A stretch of 64,000 nt of DNA from Desulfatiglandales bacterium (lineage in GTDB: Bacteria; Desulfobacterota; DSM-4660; Desulfatiglandales; HGW-15): NCBI GenBank assembly GCA_963667015.2, contig CAXXJJ010000001.1, positions 2,496,001 through 2,560,000 on the forward strand. The letters are read 5' to 3'. Made by a program: the position numbers and the translations under genes. Shown here one piece after another: positions 1 through 11,109 of this stretch. The number at the start of each line of letters is the position of its first letter. The stretch's first letter is position 1. The notes below the pieces were generated by a model that had not been told where the DNA came from, ran no database searches, and worked only from the letters and a program-made list of their open reading frames with translations.

Positions 1-101
1 TCAGGGTTTACCAGCCTTCTGTTGAAAGCGATATACTGATTGAAGCCCGTTTTGAAGAAAATGAGGAGATAAATGTCCAAATCGTTGAAGATGATAATTG
101 A
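1..101 (+). CDS. scpA: 3' end of segregation/condensation protein A (partial)
   Basis: Frame 3 reads RVYQPSVESDILIEARFEENEEINVQIVEDDN* and overlaps the scpB start. Fits the ScpA C-terminus and the usual scpA-scpB order. Confidence 0.7.
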   Translation, partial: RVYQPSVESDILIEARFEENEEINVQIVEDDN

Positions 102-1002
102 GGCTCTGCTCTTTTCATCTGATAAACCACTTACAGTGAAAGATATCCACGACTGTCTGCCGGATGCGGAAAAGTCAGAGATTAAGAATTCTATCAAGAT
201 CCTGACTCATGACTATGATGCCCTTGAACGCAGCTTTGTACTAAAGGAGGTTGCAGGCGGTTATCAGTTCAGGAGCCGTCCGGAATATGGCTCCTATATC
301 TTAAGGATGTTTCAGAAAACCCCTAACAGGCTTTCAAGGGCAACTGTTGAAACACTCGCAATAATCGCCTACAAACAACCGATCCTGAGAAGCGAAGTAG
401 AACGGCTAAGGGGGGTTGATGTAGGAGGCATTATAAGAACCCTTATGGAAAAGGGACTTGTTAAGATAATGGGTCGCAAAGAGCTGCCCGGAAGGCCTCT
501 CGTTTATGGAACCACAAAAAAATTCCTGGAGGTTTTTGATCTCAAAGACCTCAAATCACTTCCAAAGCTAAAGGAGATAAAGGACTTTGCCGCTGATCAG
601 TACGAGCCGACCATAATGAACAGGGAAGTCTCAATGGAAGAGGGGAGTGCCCAGGTCGAAGGTTCTGAAGAAGAAAGTATGGAAGAAGGTATCGTAATCG
701 AGGAAACTCAGGCAGAAGATACCGCTGAAAATGAATCCGATACCGGTGATATACAGGCTGAGGCAGCCGAAACCGGCGAAGAAGCGGAAGAAAGTTATGA
801 AGAGCCTGAAATGTCTGAGATCCCGGATGACTTAAATGCTGAAGATGAAGAAATGTATGAGCATGAAGCTGATACAGATACTGAGTCAGATATCCCGGAA
901 CCTCCGGAAGATATGCCTGAGGAGGATGATTCTGTAAAAACAGAGGAAATATCTGCCCCGGAAGACAACGTTGAACCGGAAGAGAATGGAACAGAGACTT
1001 AA
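73..1002 (+). CDS. scpB: SMC-Scp complex subunit ScpB with long acidic C-terminal tail
   Basis: IEALLF, VAGGYQFR, ETLAIIAYKQPI, GRPLVYGTTKKFLEVF motifs. Confidence 0.95.
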   Translation: MSKSLKMIIEALLFSSDKPLTVKDIHDCLPDAEKSEIKNSIKILTHDYDALERSFVLKEVAGGYQFRSRPEYGSYILRMFQKTPNRLSRATVETLAIIAYKQPILRSEVERLRGVDVGGIIRTLMEKGLVKIMGRKELPGRPLVYGTTKKFLEVFDLKDLKSLPKLKEIKDFAADQYEPTIMNREVSMEEGSAQVEGSEEESMEEGIVIEETQAEDTAENESDTGDIQAEAAETGEEAEESYEEPEMSEIPDDLNAEDEEMYEHEADTDTESDIPEPPEDMPEEDDSVKTEEISAPEDNVEPEENGTET

Positions 1003-1711
1003 CAGAATACTTTCTCTCGCCGGAGCTGCATCCCGTAGAAAGGCCGATGAGTTTATAAAGAGCGGCCGTGTAATTCTGAATGGCCAAAAGGTATTTGAAC
1101 TCGGGACAAAGGCTGTCTGGGGAAAAGACAGCATTAAACTGGATGGCAAAGAGATACCGGGACCCAGTGACCGGATATATATAATGCTGAATAAACCGTT
1201 CGGTTATATCACATCCCTTTCCGACCCCGAAGGAAGACCTGTTGTTACAGACCTTATAAAGGATATCCCTCAAAGGCTCTACCCTGTGGGCAGGCTTGAT
1301 TTTGACAGCATAGGCCTGCTTTTAATGACCAATGACGGCGATTTTTCCTACCGGCTTACACATCCTAAATATCATGCACCTAAAACCTACAAGGTTACAG
1401 TAGAAGGTAAAGTAAGTGATGAAACCCTGCACAGGCTTCAAAATGGTATTGAGCTTGATGACGGCTTCAGCGGCAGATCAAAGGCAGGCATCATTAAACA
1501 AACCGGATCGCGATCAGTAATAAGGCTGACGATCAACCAGGGGAGAAACAGGCTTGTAAGACGTATGGTTGAAGCGGTTGGTTGTAAAGTTATTCAACTG
1601 ATGAGGACAGGGTTCGGAGGGCTTGAATTAGGAGGTCTAAAAATAGGCAAATACAGATACCTTACCCCTGAGGAAGTATCTGATTTGAAGCGCTCAGTAG
1701 GATTGGTTTAA
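986..1711 (+). CDS. rluB: rRNA pseudouridine synthase (RluB/RsuA family)
   Basis: S4 domain (SRRKADEFI), catalytic VGRLD, GRNRLVRRM; follows scpB. Confidence 0.9.
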   Translation: MEQRLNRILSLAGAASRRKADEFIKSGRVILNGQKVFELGTKAVWGKDSIKLDGKEIPGPSDRIYIMLNKPFGYITSLSDPEGRPVVTDLIKDIPQRLYPVGRLDFDSIGLLLMTNDGDFSYRLTHPKYHAPKTYKVTVEGKVSDETLHRLQNGIELDDGFSGRSKAGIIKQTGSRSVIRLTINQGRNRLVRRMVEAVGCKVIQLMRTGFGGLELGGLKIGKYRYLTPEEVSDLKRSVGLV

Positions 1712-2160
1712 ATATTGTACATTTAAAATCTGTGCAATCTGTAAAAGCAATTGGTAAATAACATAGACGTTTATGGGTAATTTTCTATTAAACAGGAATT
1801 GCCTGAAATGTTAAAATACTCACTTTGATCTCGCAGAGAACTGGAAACAATATGGATTCGCGAGTGAATAAACCAATTCATCTGCCTTAAAGTTTATCTT
1901 ACCAATGAATGCTCTCGAAAATCGATGAAACATTTGTGAATTTTGACTAACTGACCGGAATATGAACATAAGATTGAAATTCAACTTGACACCATCTAAC
2001 ATTCTATTTTATTTATAAAAAAATGACGGTTTCCTTCCGAGTCATTATGTCTTGCCCAAAATTATTACACATTTAGTTATAGCGAATTTCCAGTATTCTG
2101 TTTTTTAAAACTTGGACAGTGTCGAGATCTATTTACCACTAATTAAAATCGGAAGATAAT

Positions 2161-3948
2161 ATGGGATGCTCAAAATACTTATTTAATATTACCACCTTGT
2201 TATTAATACTCATTTTCAACGTCATGTTTACAGCTTGTGCAAGTAAAGGTCCCGAATTGCTCGAAGCTACAATTAATGGCAGAACCGAAAATGCGAGGCA
2301 GCTCATTAATAAACATGCCGATGTAAACTTCATTTCAAATAATGGTTGTACTCCCCTCCATAATATATCCATTAAAGGGAACCTAGAAATAGCAGAACTT
2401 TTAGTTAAGAATGGTGCCAATGTAAACGCAGTGGATAATAATGGAATGACTCCTCTTCATTATGCCATTGAACATGATCATGTAGACGTTGCAAAACTTT
2501 TAATTGAAAACGGGGCAAACATAAATGCAGTTGCTGTTAATGGATTTACTTCCTTGCATAATGCAACATCTAATTCAAATGTCGATTCAGTAAGGCTTCT
2601 AATAAAAAATGGAGCTGATGTAAATTTAGCTGCAGATAATGGAGCCACTCCTCTTCTAAATACATCTATTAAGGGAGGCTTTGAAATAGCAAAGCTTTTA
2701 ATAGAAAATGGGGCCGACATAAACGCGGTAGATAGTAATGCAATTACGCCTCTGCATAATGCTGTCAATAATGACCATATCGAAATAGCAAAGTTATTGA
2801 TTGAAAATGGGGCAAACATAAATGCTGTTAGCGAAGATACTAAGATTGCCCCCCTGCATAATGCTACATTTAACTCAAATACCGAATTAGTAAAGATCCT
2901 GATTGAAGGCGGTGCCAGTGTAAATTTGGTTGCAAATAATGGCGTCACTCCTCTTATAAACACATCCATTAAAGGTGGCTTTGAAATAGCAAAACTTTTA
3001 ATTGAAAACGGGGTAGACGTCAATGCAGTGGGAGATAAAGGGCTTACTCCTCTACATAATGCCATCTATTATAATCATACCGAAATAGCAAAACTTTTAA
3101 TAGAAAATGGGGCTGACGTTAACGCAGTGGGTGGAGATATTGGAATTACCCCCCTGCATAATGCTGTTTCAAATTCAAACATTGAATTGGTAAGAGCTCT
3201 TATTGAAAATGGCGCCAATGTAGATATTGCTTCAAAAACTGGGATTACTCCTCTTCATAATATATCCATTACCGGAGGAGATCCAAACATAGCAGATTTA
3301 TTGATTAAAAATGGGGCCGATATCAATGCAAGAAGAGATGATGGCATGTCCAGTTTTGAGATCGCATGTTTGAAGGGGAACAAAGATTTAGCATTTTATC
3401 TTTATGATCAGGGTGCAGAAGTGAAATTCGATGACTCATCAGATGAATGCCTGGAGCTAAACGGAATAACTCATCATATATTAGGCGATTATTTTATTAA
3501 TCAAGACAATTCCGAAAAAGCTCATACCTATTATGAAAAGGCAATTCAATACTATGATAAAACAGCTAAAAACTACAGCAGGGATGCAACGAAAAAGACA
3601 TTAAAAAAGGCACTTTTTAAGACACTAGAGTTTACCTTGGCTGTGGGGATGGCATTTGTAACCGCCGAAGTCGCAGGTAGCATGTCGCAGCCCCAAACCG
3701 AAACATGGAGCTTTCCAGATGGCACAACCTATACTATGCAGAGGATAGACACCTTTGCTTTTAGTACACCACTACTATCCGAAAACGCACCAATCGATGA
3801 ACAAAGGGCCTATTTAAAAGCAAAAGCTGAAATATACAAAAGGCGTTCTGCATTATTGACAAAGGTTTCGGGGTGTTTCGATAACCAGATAAATGGTTCG
3901 GATGTCCAATCCTGTATAAAATCAAAGATCGAAGAAGAAAAAATATAA
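2161..3948 (+). CDS. Ankyrin-repeat lipoprotein
   Basis: About 11 TPLH...LLIENGADVN repeats; lipobox-like FTAC. Confidence 0.9.
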   Translation: MGCSKYLFNITTLLLILIFNVMFTACASKGPELLEATINGRTENARQLINKHADVNFISNNGCTPLHNISIKGNLEIAELLVKNGANVNAVDNNGMTPLHYAIEHDHVDVAKLLIENGANINAVAVNGFTSLHNATSNSNVDSVRLLIKNGADVNLAADNGATPLLNTSIKGGFEIAKLLIENGADINAVDSNAITPLHNAVNNDHIEIAKLLIENGANINAVSEDTKIAPLHNATFNSNTELVKILIEGGASVNLVANNGVTPLINTSIKGGFEIAKLLIENGVDVNAVGDKGLTPLHNAIYYNHTEIAKLLIENGADVNAVGGDIGITPLHNAVSNSNIELVRALIENGANVDIASKTGITPLHNISITGGDPNIADLLIKNGADINARRDDGMSSFEIACLKGNKDLAFYLYDQGAEVKFDDSSDECLELNGITHHILGDYFINQDNSEKAHTYYEKAIQYYDKTAKNYSRDATKKTLKKALFKTLEFTLAVGMAFVTAEVAGSMSQPQTETWSFPDGTTYTMQRIDTFAFSTPLLSENAPIDEQRAYLKAKAEIYKRRSALLTKVSGCFDNQINGSDVQSCIKSKIEEEKI

Positions 3949-4025
3949 TCGGTATTAAAAGTTAATTATTAATTTACTAATGATTTATAAACAGAGATTT
4001 AAAATATTTTGGGAGGGTAGAACAA

Positions 4026-4910
4026 ATGCTAAAGTATGGTTTTTTCATAATGATTCTTCTAATAATGTTTACTGGCTGCGGGACCCCGTCCATGGTCAGG
4101 TATGTTCATAATCACGACCCTATAATGGATAAGAATGATGGTGTAATACTCCTGGTAGATGTCTGTAATCAAGTCGATGTACTTGGACATGGTGATTACT
4201 GTATTATAGACGAGTCCAAAGAGGTAGCATCCGCGATCGTTGAACCAATCAAAACCTATCTCGAACAGAATGGTGTTCCTGTAAAAACCGAAATGGTACC
4301 ATTTGTATGCGGTGCATTTGATAACGCAGAAAACATTCCCAGTAAAGTATCTGAAAAAATAGGGGAAGATGTCACTGAAGCCCGTAAACCATATGGCATA
4401 GCCGACTATTTTAAGGAAGATTCGGAATACCTGAAGTCCCTTACAACCCTTTCCACATATGTTCTGGAAAGAAGTGTTTCAGGAAAAACTGAAAATTCGA
4501 TGACAATTATACCTGAAGAGCAATTCAAAGAAGCAGTGAGGATAATCAGGTCAAAGGAAAATGCCTCAAGCTTAATTTATGTAGGCCTTAAAGGAAGAAA
4601 AATATCCGGAGGAAAAAAGTTTACACAGGGCCTTGTGCGCTGGACCACGGGTATTGCTACGGCTGTAGCGACCGCTGGACTGGGTGCCGGAGTCGCAGTT
4701 TCCTACTGGCCGGGAGGAAATGTTGATGGGAAATTCTTTCTTGCCGGTCTGGTTAATCTTGAAACAGAGGAACTGAGCTGGAAAAACTATTATAGTGCAC
4801 AGGGTGACCCACTGGAAGTGGAAGAGATGATCAAGTATTACAAGATTAATACACTACTTAAAGATTTGGTCTATAATAAAGAAACAGTATCTGCTTCAAA
4901 GAAAAAATAA
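4026..4910 (+). CDS. Hypothetical lipoprotein
   Basis: Signal peptide with FTGC lipobox; GGAGG RBS. Confidence 0.75.
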   Translation: MLKYGFFIMILLIMFTGCGTPSMVRYVHNHDPIMDKNDGVILLVDVCNQVDVLGHGDYCIIDESKEVASAIVEPIKTYLEQNGVPVKTEMVPFVCGAFDNAENIPSKVSEKIGEDVTEARKPYGIADYFKEDSEYLKSLTTLSTYVLERSVSGKTENSMTIIPEEQFKEAVRIIRSKENASSLIYVGLKGRKISGGKKFTQGLVRWTTGIATAVATAGLGAGVAVSYWPGGNVDGKFFLAGLVNLETEELSWKNYYSAQGDPLEVEEMIKYYKINTLLKDLVYNKETVSASKKK

Positions 4911-5013
4911 CTAACTGTTAATGATGCTTTTTTGATTTCCAGTTTCAAAAGAATTTTCATATCTAACTGATTAAATACACGATATGCTGAATTTACTTTA
5001 TTAGGAGATAATA

Positions 5014-5889
5014 ATGATTCCTTCACAAAACGAAAAAATAAACACAATTCTCTGTGTAATTGTCTTATGTTTTTTAATGTTTAATGGTTGTGCGCCAAAG
5101 AGGACAGATACTATACAGTTAACTACAATTCCTGAAGGTGCAAAAGTGACTGTTAACGAGAGCTATTCTGGTGAAAGTCCGGTTAGTTTTTATCATAAAT
5201 ATCGTATGACTAATGATGAAGATACGATTGATATTTATCTTGAAAAAGAAGGTTACTATCCAACAGCCAGGACTGTTTATCCCCTTGGGCTTGTATCACG
5301 AATAGTAGAAAAGGATTATGTTCGCGGTTCAAATCTGGGGAAAGGGGATACATTCCCTGTAGAGATATACCTGAGACCAGATAGAAGTACTGCGAATTGG
5401 GAAGAAATAAGAACTTCAAACAATTTAGAGGCATTGGAAAATTTTCTAAAAAAATATCCTGATACTACATTTTATTCTGAGGTAAAAAAGGTAATAAAAC
5501 CTTTAGCGTTAGATAGAGAGAAAAATGAATTGGAACGCATCCAGGAAATGATAGATTCATCAGAGCTGGATGAAGTCCCGGTCACTGATATTGCAAAGGT
5601 TGATAATCTTTTTGTCAAGCAAAGTTCGTTTAATCGGAAGACGCTATATTTTAAGGGAGAGGGTAATTCAAAATCGGATCGCGTCACTGCAAAGAAGTAT
5701 AAGCTTGTTAAATTACATGGTCTTCCTGGTAATACTGAAAATATAGTTTCATGGAAAGATAATACGAAAATCAACAATGGTGTCTTATATCGGGAGGATG
5801 GTTCTGTTGTATTAATTGTTCCAAGGGAGGTCCTGCCATGTGAACTGGAGTTTCCGGACGTTCTCTATAACCGGGTGATTGTAAGGTAA
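5014..5889 (+). CDS. PEGA-domain lipoprotein
   Basis: FNGC lipobox; TIPEGAKVTVN...GESP...LEKEGY PEGA pattern. Confidence 0.75.
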   Translation: MIPSQNEKINTILCVIVLCFLMFNGCAPKRTDTIQLTTIPEGAKVTVNESYSGESPVSFYHKYRMTNDEDTIDIYLEKEGYYPTARTVYPLGLVSRIVEKDYVRGSNLGKGDTFPVEIYLRPDRSTANWEEIRTSNNLEALENFLKKYPDTTFYSEVKKVIKPLALDREKNELERIQEMIDSSELDEVPVTDIAKVDNLFVKQSSFNRKTLYFKGEGNSKSDRVTAKKYKLVKLHGLPGNTENIVSWKDNTKINNGVLYREDGSVVLIVPREVLPCELEFPDVLYNRVIVR

Positions 5890-5976
5890 TTAAATAAAAA
5901 CTATGAAGATGTCGTATTGACTGGAGAACTGGGTATTGTAGAAGCTGGTCTATAAAATATAATGTTCTGAACAAAA

Positions 5977-6018
5977 CTTGACTTGAAAGCGATAGTACTA
6001 CACTGCTGTCAAGTCAAG
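5977..6018. terminator. Hairpin between convergent genes
   Basis: Arms CTTGACTTGAAAGC / GCTGTCAAGTCAAG (14 bp, 1 mismatch). Confidence 0.45.
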
Positions 6019-6049
6019 GTCGTTTTTCTGGATATAATGCGACTTTTCG

Positions 6050-7003
6050 CTAAACATGATTCTTTAGTTTCAATTCAAAAGGATGAGGATTAAGGTATGT
6101 CTGGTTTTTCAGGTAAGGTTCGTCATACTTCCTTACATAGTGGCTTATAAGTGTTACCGGTACAATAAGCGGAAGAAAACCATCTTTGTAATAATTAATC
6201 TTTTCAAGCAATTCCTGTTTTTTCATCCGGTGTAAGAACCTTTTTAAAGTACCCCATCATGTGCATGAGGACATTGGTATGCCTTATTAGGAGTGGTCTT
6301 GAGTTTTAATGCCTCAAGCATTGTTTCTTCATAGATTTTATAGCCATCTTCAATATTGTTTTTTCCTGCGCCGGCTACTATCTTTCCCATTTGCCTGTAA
6401 TGTTTTTCACTGTGTGCAAAAAACAGGAGCTTATTTTCAGAATGGAATTGTACCAGCCTGCCGGGTGTGTGTTTTCCTTTTGTAATATCCCTCCATCTTC
6501 TCAGGGCAAATACACGCTCTATAAAGTTTTCCCTGAGGCCAGGATCATGCAGCCTGCCCTCATCCTCAACCGGGATAAGGGGGAAAACTGTTCATTAATT
6601 CTCTTGCAAATAATCCCGTGCCCCTGTGGACAGGTATACCATTATCTCTGTATACCTTTACACGTTCCATGCCGCTGCTCGGCGACCTGCTCTTAAATAT
6701 AAATCCGCATAAATCTTCTTTTTTGATCTCCCTTACACGCCTTATTGACCACTGTTTCATTCGTTTTGTAATATCTTTTCTGCTGTTTATGGTCATTAGT
6801 CTGGGGCTGTCAATATCTCCTTCAAGCCTCATGGGTTCTCTCGGTATACCAAGCCCGCACTCTGTTTCCGGACAGACCGGCACATATTCAACAAATGCGC
6901 CAAGGGTATCAGTCAGAAACCTGTCAAGTTTATGGCCTCCGTCATAGCGGACGCTGTTTCCAAGAAGACATGAGCTTATGCCGATTTTAATTGGGGCAGT
7001 CAT
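6050..7003 (-). pseudogene. DUF523+DUF1722 (YbgA / 2-thiouracil desulfurase-like) protein with three +1 frameshifts
   Basis: N-terminus IGISSCLLG..VRYDGGH, CPE, SPSSG. It continues across frames as PVEDEGRLHDPGLRENFIERVF, HTNVLMHMMGYFK, LPLIVPVTL, YLNPHPFEL..NHV*. Extra bases at ~6580, ~6283 and ~6220. Confidence 0.85.
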
Positions 7004-7400
7004 AGGAACCTCTATAATATTAATAAACGGTAGCCTATCATCCGGGATGATAAAAGTAAAATAAATGGAGTCATCCTTATGTTACCTCGAAATGACATCT
7101 ATCTATTAGCAATCCCATGATTGCAACAGAATCTGCTTTTATATATAGAATAATTAAGCACGATATAACATAATTAAGCTAGCCCTCTCTTCTCCATGAT
7201 GTATCTATTTACTTGATAGCTCCTTCGCTCTATGGTAATTCTTTCATTTTATTTGAGGTATTTTTCTTTCCAGGGATTATTTAACATGCCCGTAGTAATA
7301 AACAGGATTATAGTGAGAACAACTTCAGATACCGATATAATTGATATCACCTCCAGGGTGTAATTATATAATAGAGTTTAATCTTTTAAGAGGAATATTT

Positions 7401-8402
7401 TTGGCTAAAAAGAAAGAAGATAATTCATCACTCACAAGGAAGATAGATTTTAATGAATATGAACTTCTTAATGTCCTTTTAGGTGAGCAGAATAAACATA
7501 TTAAAATAATAGAAAAGAGGGTCGGTCTCTCAATAAGTTCAAGAGGTACGGAACTGATGCTCAGGGGAGGGGACTGGGAGATAGACCTTGCCGAGAGCAT
7601 TCTTGTTCAATTGTATGAACTGGTTAAAAAGGGATTTCCCCTTTACTCCCAGGATATTGAGCATGCAATAAGGATACTGAGTAAAGACCGCTCTGCCAAA
7701 TTGAAAGATATCTTTCTGGACACCATCTATGTATCATCCAAAAAACGTGTTGTTACTGCCAGGACAGTGAACCAGAAGGAATATATAGAAAGTATCAGAA
7801 ATTACGACATTGTTTTTGCCATTGGGCCGGCGGGGACAGGAAAGACGTATCTGGCAATGGCCATGGCAGTGGCATCCCTGGTTAAAAAAGAGGTGAGGCG
7901 GATAGTCCTGGCCAGACCTGCTGTTGAAGCAGGTGAACGGCTCGGATTTCTTCCGGGGGATTTGAATGAAAAGGTGAATCCCTATCTAAGGCCACTTTAT
8001 GATGCTCTGCATGATATGGTTGATTTTGACGATGCCTCAAACCTCATGGAAAAGGGTGTCATTGAAGTAGCTCCTCTTGCCTTCATGAGAGGCAGGACAT
8101 TGAATGATTCATTTGTAATTCTTGATGAAGCACAGAACGCAACGGCCGAACAGATGAAGATGTTTCTTACCCGGCTTGGTTTCAGTTCAAAGGCTGTCAT
8201 AACCGGAGATATCACTCAGACGGATCTTCCGGCCGGAAAGAATTCGGGTCTTGTCGAAGCCCTGGAAATCCTGGACGGGATAAAGGGTATTAAGTTTATC
8301 TATTTCTCAAGGGATGATGTTGTAAGACATCCCCTTGTGCAGAAAATAATTGATGCTTATGACATAAAAGACAAACAGAGAGAAATCAGAAATGGCAAAT
8401 GA
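7401..8402 (+). CDS. phoH: PhoH-family ATPase
   Basis: GPAGTGKTYLA, RPAVEAGERLGFLPGD, LDEAQN; TTG start after GAGGA. Confidence 0.95.
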   Translation: MAKKKEDNSSLTRKIDFNEYELLNVLLGEQNKHIKIIEKRVGLSISSRGTELMLRGGDWEIDLAESILVQLYELVKKGFPLYSQDIEHAIRILSKDRSAKLKDIFLDTIYVSSKKRVVTARTVNQKEYIESIRNYDIVFAIGPAGTGKTYLAMAMAVASLVKKEVRRIVLARPAVEAGERLGFLPGDLNEKVNPYLRPLYDALHDMVDFDDASNLMEKGVIEVAPLAFMRGRTLNDSFVILDEAQNATAEQMKMFLTRLGFSSKAVITGDITQTDLPAGKNSGLVEALEILDGIKGIKFIYFSRDDVVRHPLVQKIIDAYDIKDKQREIRNGK

Positions 8403-10767
8403 ACCATCTAAAAGGTTTTTTGGTACTGACATAACCAGGGGAACGGTACTGATTTTATTAAGCCTCATAATCAGTGTTTTCCTGCATCCCGGCATATTGA
8501 AGAAACCAAAGGTCTATAAAATAAATGATATTGCCGAGGCTGATATCAAGGCTCCTGAGGACATTCTTGTCCGGAATGATGAAACAACAGAAAAGGAAAA
8601 GGATAAGGCTTACCAGAGTGTTCCCTATGTGTATGACTTTGATCCCTCTGCCACCAATCTTACATTGAGATTAAGGGAAGCAATGGCCGAAACAAGAAGG
8701 CTGATTATAATTCAGACAATAGACCCTCTTGCTCCCATACCGATCGAAGAAATACAGGCTGATACTGCCGATATTAAAAAGACAACAGCTGAAGGCTTTT
8801 TCAGGAGTCTGGATCTTCCCCTTGATAATGAACTCTTTGAAAGGATAGTCGCAAGCGGATGTCCTAATAACCTGGAGACCAGTATAGTCAAGCTGGTAAC
8901 AGATGTCTTCAGAAAAGGTGTTGTAGGTAATTATTCGGTTTTAATGAGTCAGGCTACTAAGGGGATTGTGCTCCAGAGTATTCTGAATCAGGAACAGGAG
9001 ATGGTAACTGATCTTTCGAGGTTTTACGATGTTAATGGTGCAGTAAAACGGATTGAAGAGCGTGAAAATGAACTGTTAAAGGATGGTGTGCCCCAGGAAA
9101 TAGCTGAACTCGCAGTTAAGCTTGCCACATCCCTTGTTAAACCGAATGTGACATTCAACCAGAGAGAAACAGAGGAGAGAAGAGATAAGGCGCGGCAGGC
9201 AGTAAAAGAATCCTTTTACCAGGTGAAACGGGGTGAAATGATAGTAAGAGAGGGTGAAAGGATTGAACCCGATGATCTCTTAAAGCTGACAGCCGTTAAT
9301 CTCGCACTGGAAAACAGGAATATTCTTGGCCGCATACCTGGTATGTCCCTTTTAATGGGCATTCTTTTTATAGTGATCTACATTACCGGGTTTATGAAAT
9401 TCAAACCCGTAGGTAAGGATGACAAACATCTCATTTTCAGTTCCCTGACCCTGTTAACAGTCTTTTTATTTACATGGGCATTCAATTTTATTGCAGAGGA
9501 AGTCGCAAGGGGGTTTCACGATGTTACCGCAAGGGCATTATTATTTGCGCTTCCTGTTACATTCGGTGCAATCCTGATAACCGTGTTTCAGGGCATGAAT
9601 ATGGCGATGGTCTTTTCACTGCTGGTTTCAATTTTTGCCGCATTTGTCATTGACGGGAATGTTGAGTTCCTGATCTATTTTTTTACAGGAAGTATCTTTG
9701 CCTCATACCTGGTTCGCGAATACAGGGAGAGAGGCATACTGATAAAGATCGGTTTGAAGGTCGGTCTGCTTAACATACTTACCTGTCTTGCAATAGAATC
9801 CATATACGGTTCGCTATTTACCTTTGATGCAGTGGTTGCAATTATTGCCGGGTTTCTGGGCGGTATCCTGGCAGGGGTGATCTCAACCGGAATTATTCCG
9901 CTTGTTGAAATGGCCTTTGGTTTTACAACCGATATCAAACTGCTCGAACTTGCCAATCTTGATCAGCCTCTCTTACGGGATCTTATGGTGCAGGCCCCCG
10001 GGACATATCATCACAGTGTTATAGTAAGCAATATGGTTGAGGCAACGGCCAAGGCAATTAACGCCAACCCTCTCCTGGCCAAGGTGGCGGCATACTATCA
10101 TGATATAGGAAAGATGAAAAAGCCGCTTTATTTTATCGAAAACCAGATGGGAGGAGAAAACAGGCATGAAAAACTTGCTCCATCCATGAGCAGCCTTGTC
10201 CTGATATCTCATGTGAAGGATGGTGTTGAGCTTGCAAAGCAGCATAAGCTGGGCCAGGAAATAATAGATATTATCCAGCAGCACCAGGGAAAGGGGTTAA
10301 TAGCCTATTTCTATCAGAAGGCCAAAGATCAGGCCATGTGCAGCAGTAAAGGTATTGATATTAAGGAGGATGATTTCAGGTATCCGGGTCCGAAGCCACA
10401 GACAAAGGAAGCCGGGCTGGTAATGCTGGCCGATATGATTGAGGCTGCATCCAGGTCGCTTCCCGACCCGACACCCGCTCGAGTCAACGGAATAGTGCAG
10501 AAGATAATCAACAAGGTTTTTTCAGACGGTCAGCTTGATGAGTGTGAGCTTACATTAAAGGACCTTCATGAAATCGCCAAGAGTTTTAACAAGACACTGG
10601 GAGGGATATTCCATCAGAGAGTTGAATATCCCGAGTCTGCAACAACCAAAAAGACAAAGAAAGCAGCAAATGGAGATTCAGATAAAATCGGCCAGGAGAA
10701 TACACGGCCTAAAAAACCAGATGATACGTCAGATGATGGAGAAGGCCTTAAAAGACTTGGGCTGTAA
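8392..10767 (+). CDS. 7TM-HDIG phosphohydrolase (PgpH-like cyclic-di-AMP phosphodiesterase family)
   Basis: Extracellular domain, multi-TM block, APGTYHHS, YYHDIGK, FRYPGPKP. Confidence 0.9.
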   Translation: MANEPSKRFFGTDITRGTVLILLSLIISVFLHPGILKKPKVYKINDIAEADIKAPEDILVRNDETTEKEKDKAYQSVPYVYDFDPSATNLTLRLREAMAETRRLIIIQTIDPLAPIPIEEIQADTADIKKTTAEGFFRSLDLPLDNELFERIVASGCPNNLETSIVKLVTDVFRKGVVGNYSVLMSQATKGIVLQSILNQEQEMVTDLSRFYDVNGAVKRIEERENELLKDGVPQEIAELAVKLATSLVKPNVTFNQRETEERRDKARQAVKESFYQVKRGEMIVREGERIEPDDLLKLTAVNLALENRNILGRIPGMSLLMGILFIVIYITGFMKFKPVGKDDKHLIFSSLTLLTVFLFTWAFNFIAEEVARGFHDVTARALLFALPVTFGAILITVFQGMNMAMVFSLLVSIFAAFVIDGNVEFLIYFFTGSIFASYLVREYRERGILIKIGLKVGLLNILTCLAIESIYGSLFTFDAVVAIIAGFLGGILAGVISTGIIPLVEMAFGFTTDIKLLELANLDQPLLRDLMVQAPGTYHHSVIVSNMVEATAKAINANPLLAKVAAYYHDIGKMKKPLYFIENQMGGENRHEKLAPSMSSLVLISHVKDGVELAKQHKLGQEIIDIIQQHQGKGLIAYFYQKAKDQAMCSSKGIDIKEDDFRYPGPKPQTKEAGLVMLADMIEAASRSLPDPTPARVNGIVQKIINKVFSDGQLDECELTLKDLHEIAKSFNKTLGGIFHQRVEYPESATTKKTKKAANGDSDKIGQENTRPKKPDDTSDDGEGLKRLGL

Positions 10768-11107
10768 CCAGAGTGAGTTGAGTATACTTATTACCGGGGA
10801 CGAGCAGATCCATGAGCTTAACAGGCAATATCTGAACCGGGATAAACCGACCAATGTCCTCTCCTTTCCAATGAGCGGAGACCCGGACGAAATTGAAACA
10901 GGAATGCTGGGAGACATCGTAATCTCGGTTGATACTGCAAAAAGAGAAGCCGTTGAGATGGGTATTTCATATCATCAAAGAATATATGAACTGCTCATAC
11001 ATGGCCTGCTGCACCTGATAGGGTATGATCACGAAAAATCTAAAAAGGATGAAAAAATAATGCAGAAGGAGGAGTCGAGACTCCTTTCACTGCTGATGGA
11101 GGATTAG
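10670..11107 (+). CDS. ybeY: rRNA maturation endoribonuclease YbeY
   Basis: [25 protein letters not shown]. Confidence 0.95.
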   Translation: MEIQIKSARRIHGLKNQMIRQMMEKALKDLGCNQSELSILITGDEQIHELNRQYLNRDKPTNVLSFPMSGDPDEIETGMLGDIVISVDTAKREAVEMGISYHQRIYELLIHGLLHLIGYDHEKSKKDEKIMQKEESRLLSLLMED

Positions 11108-11109
11108 AA

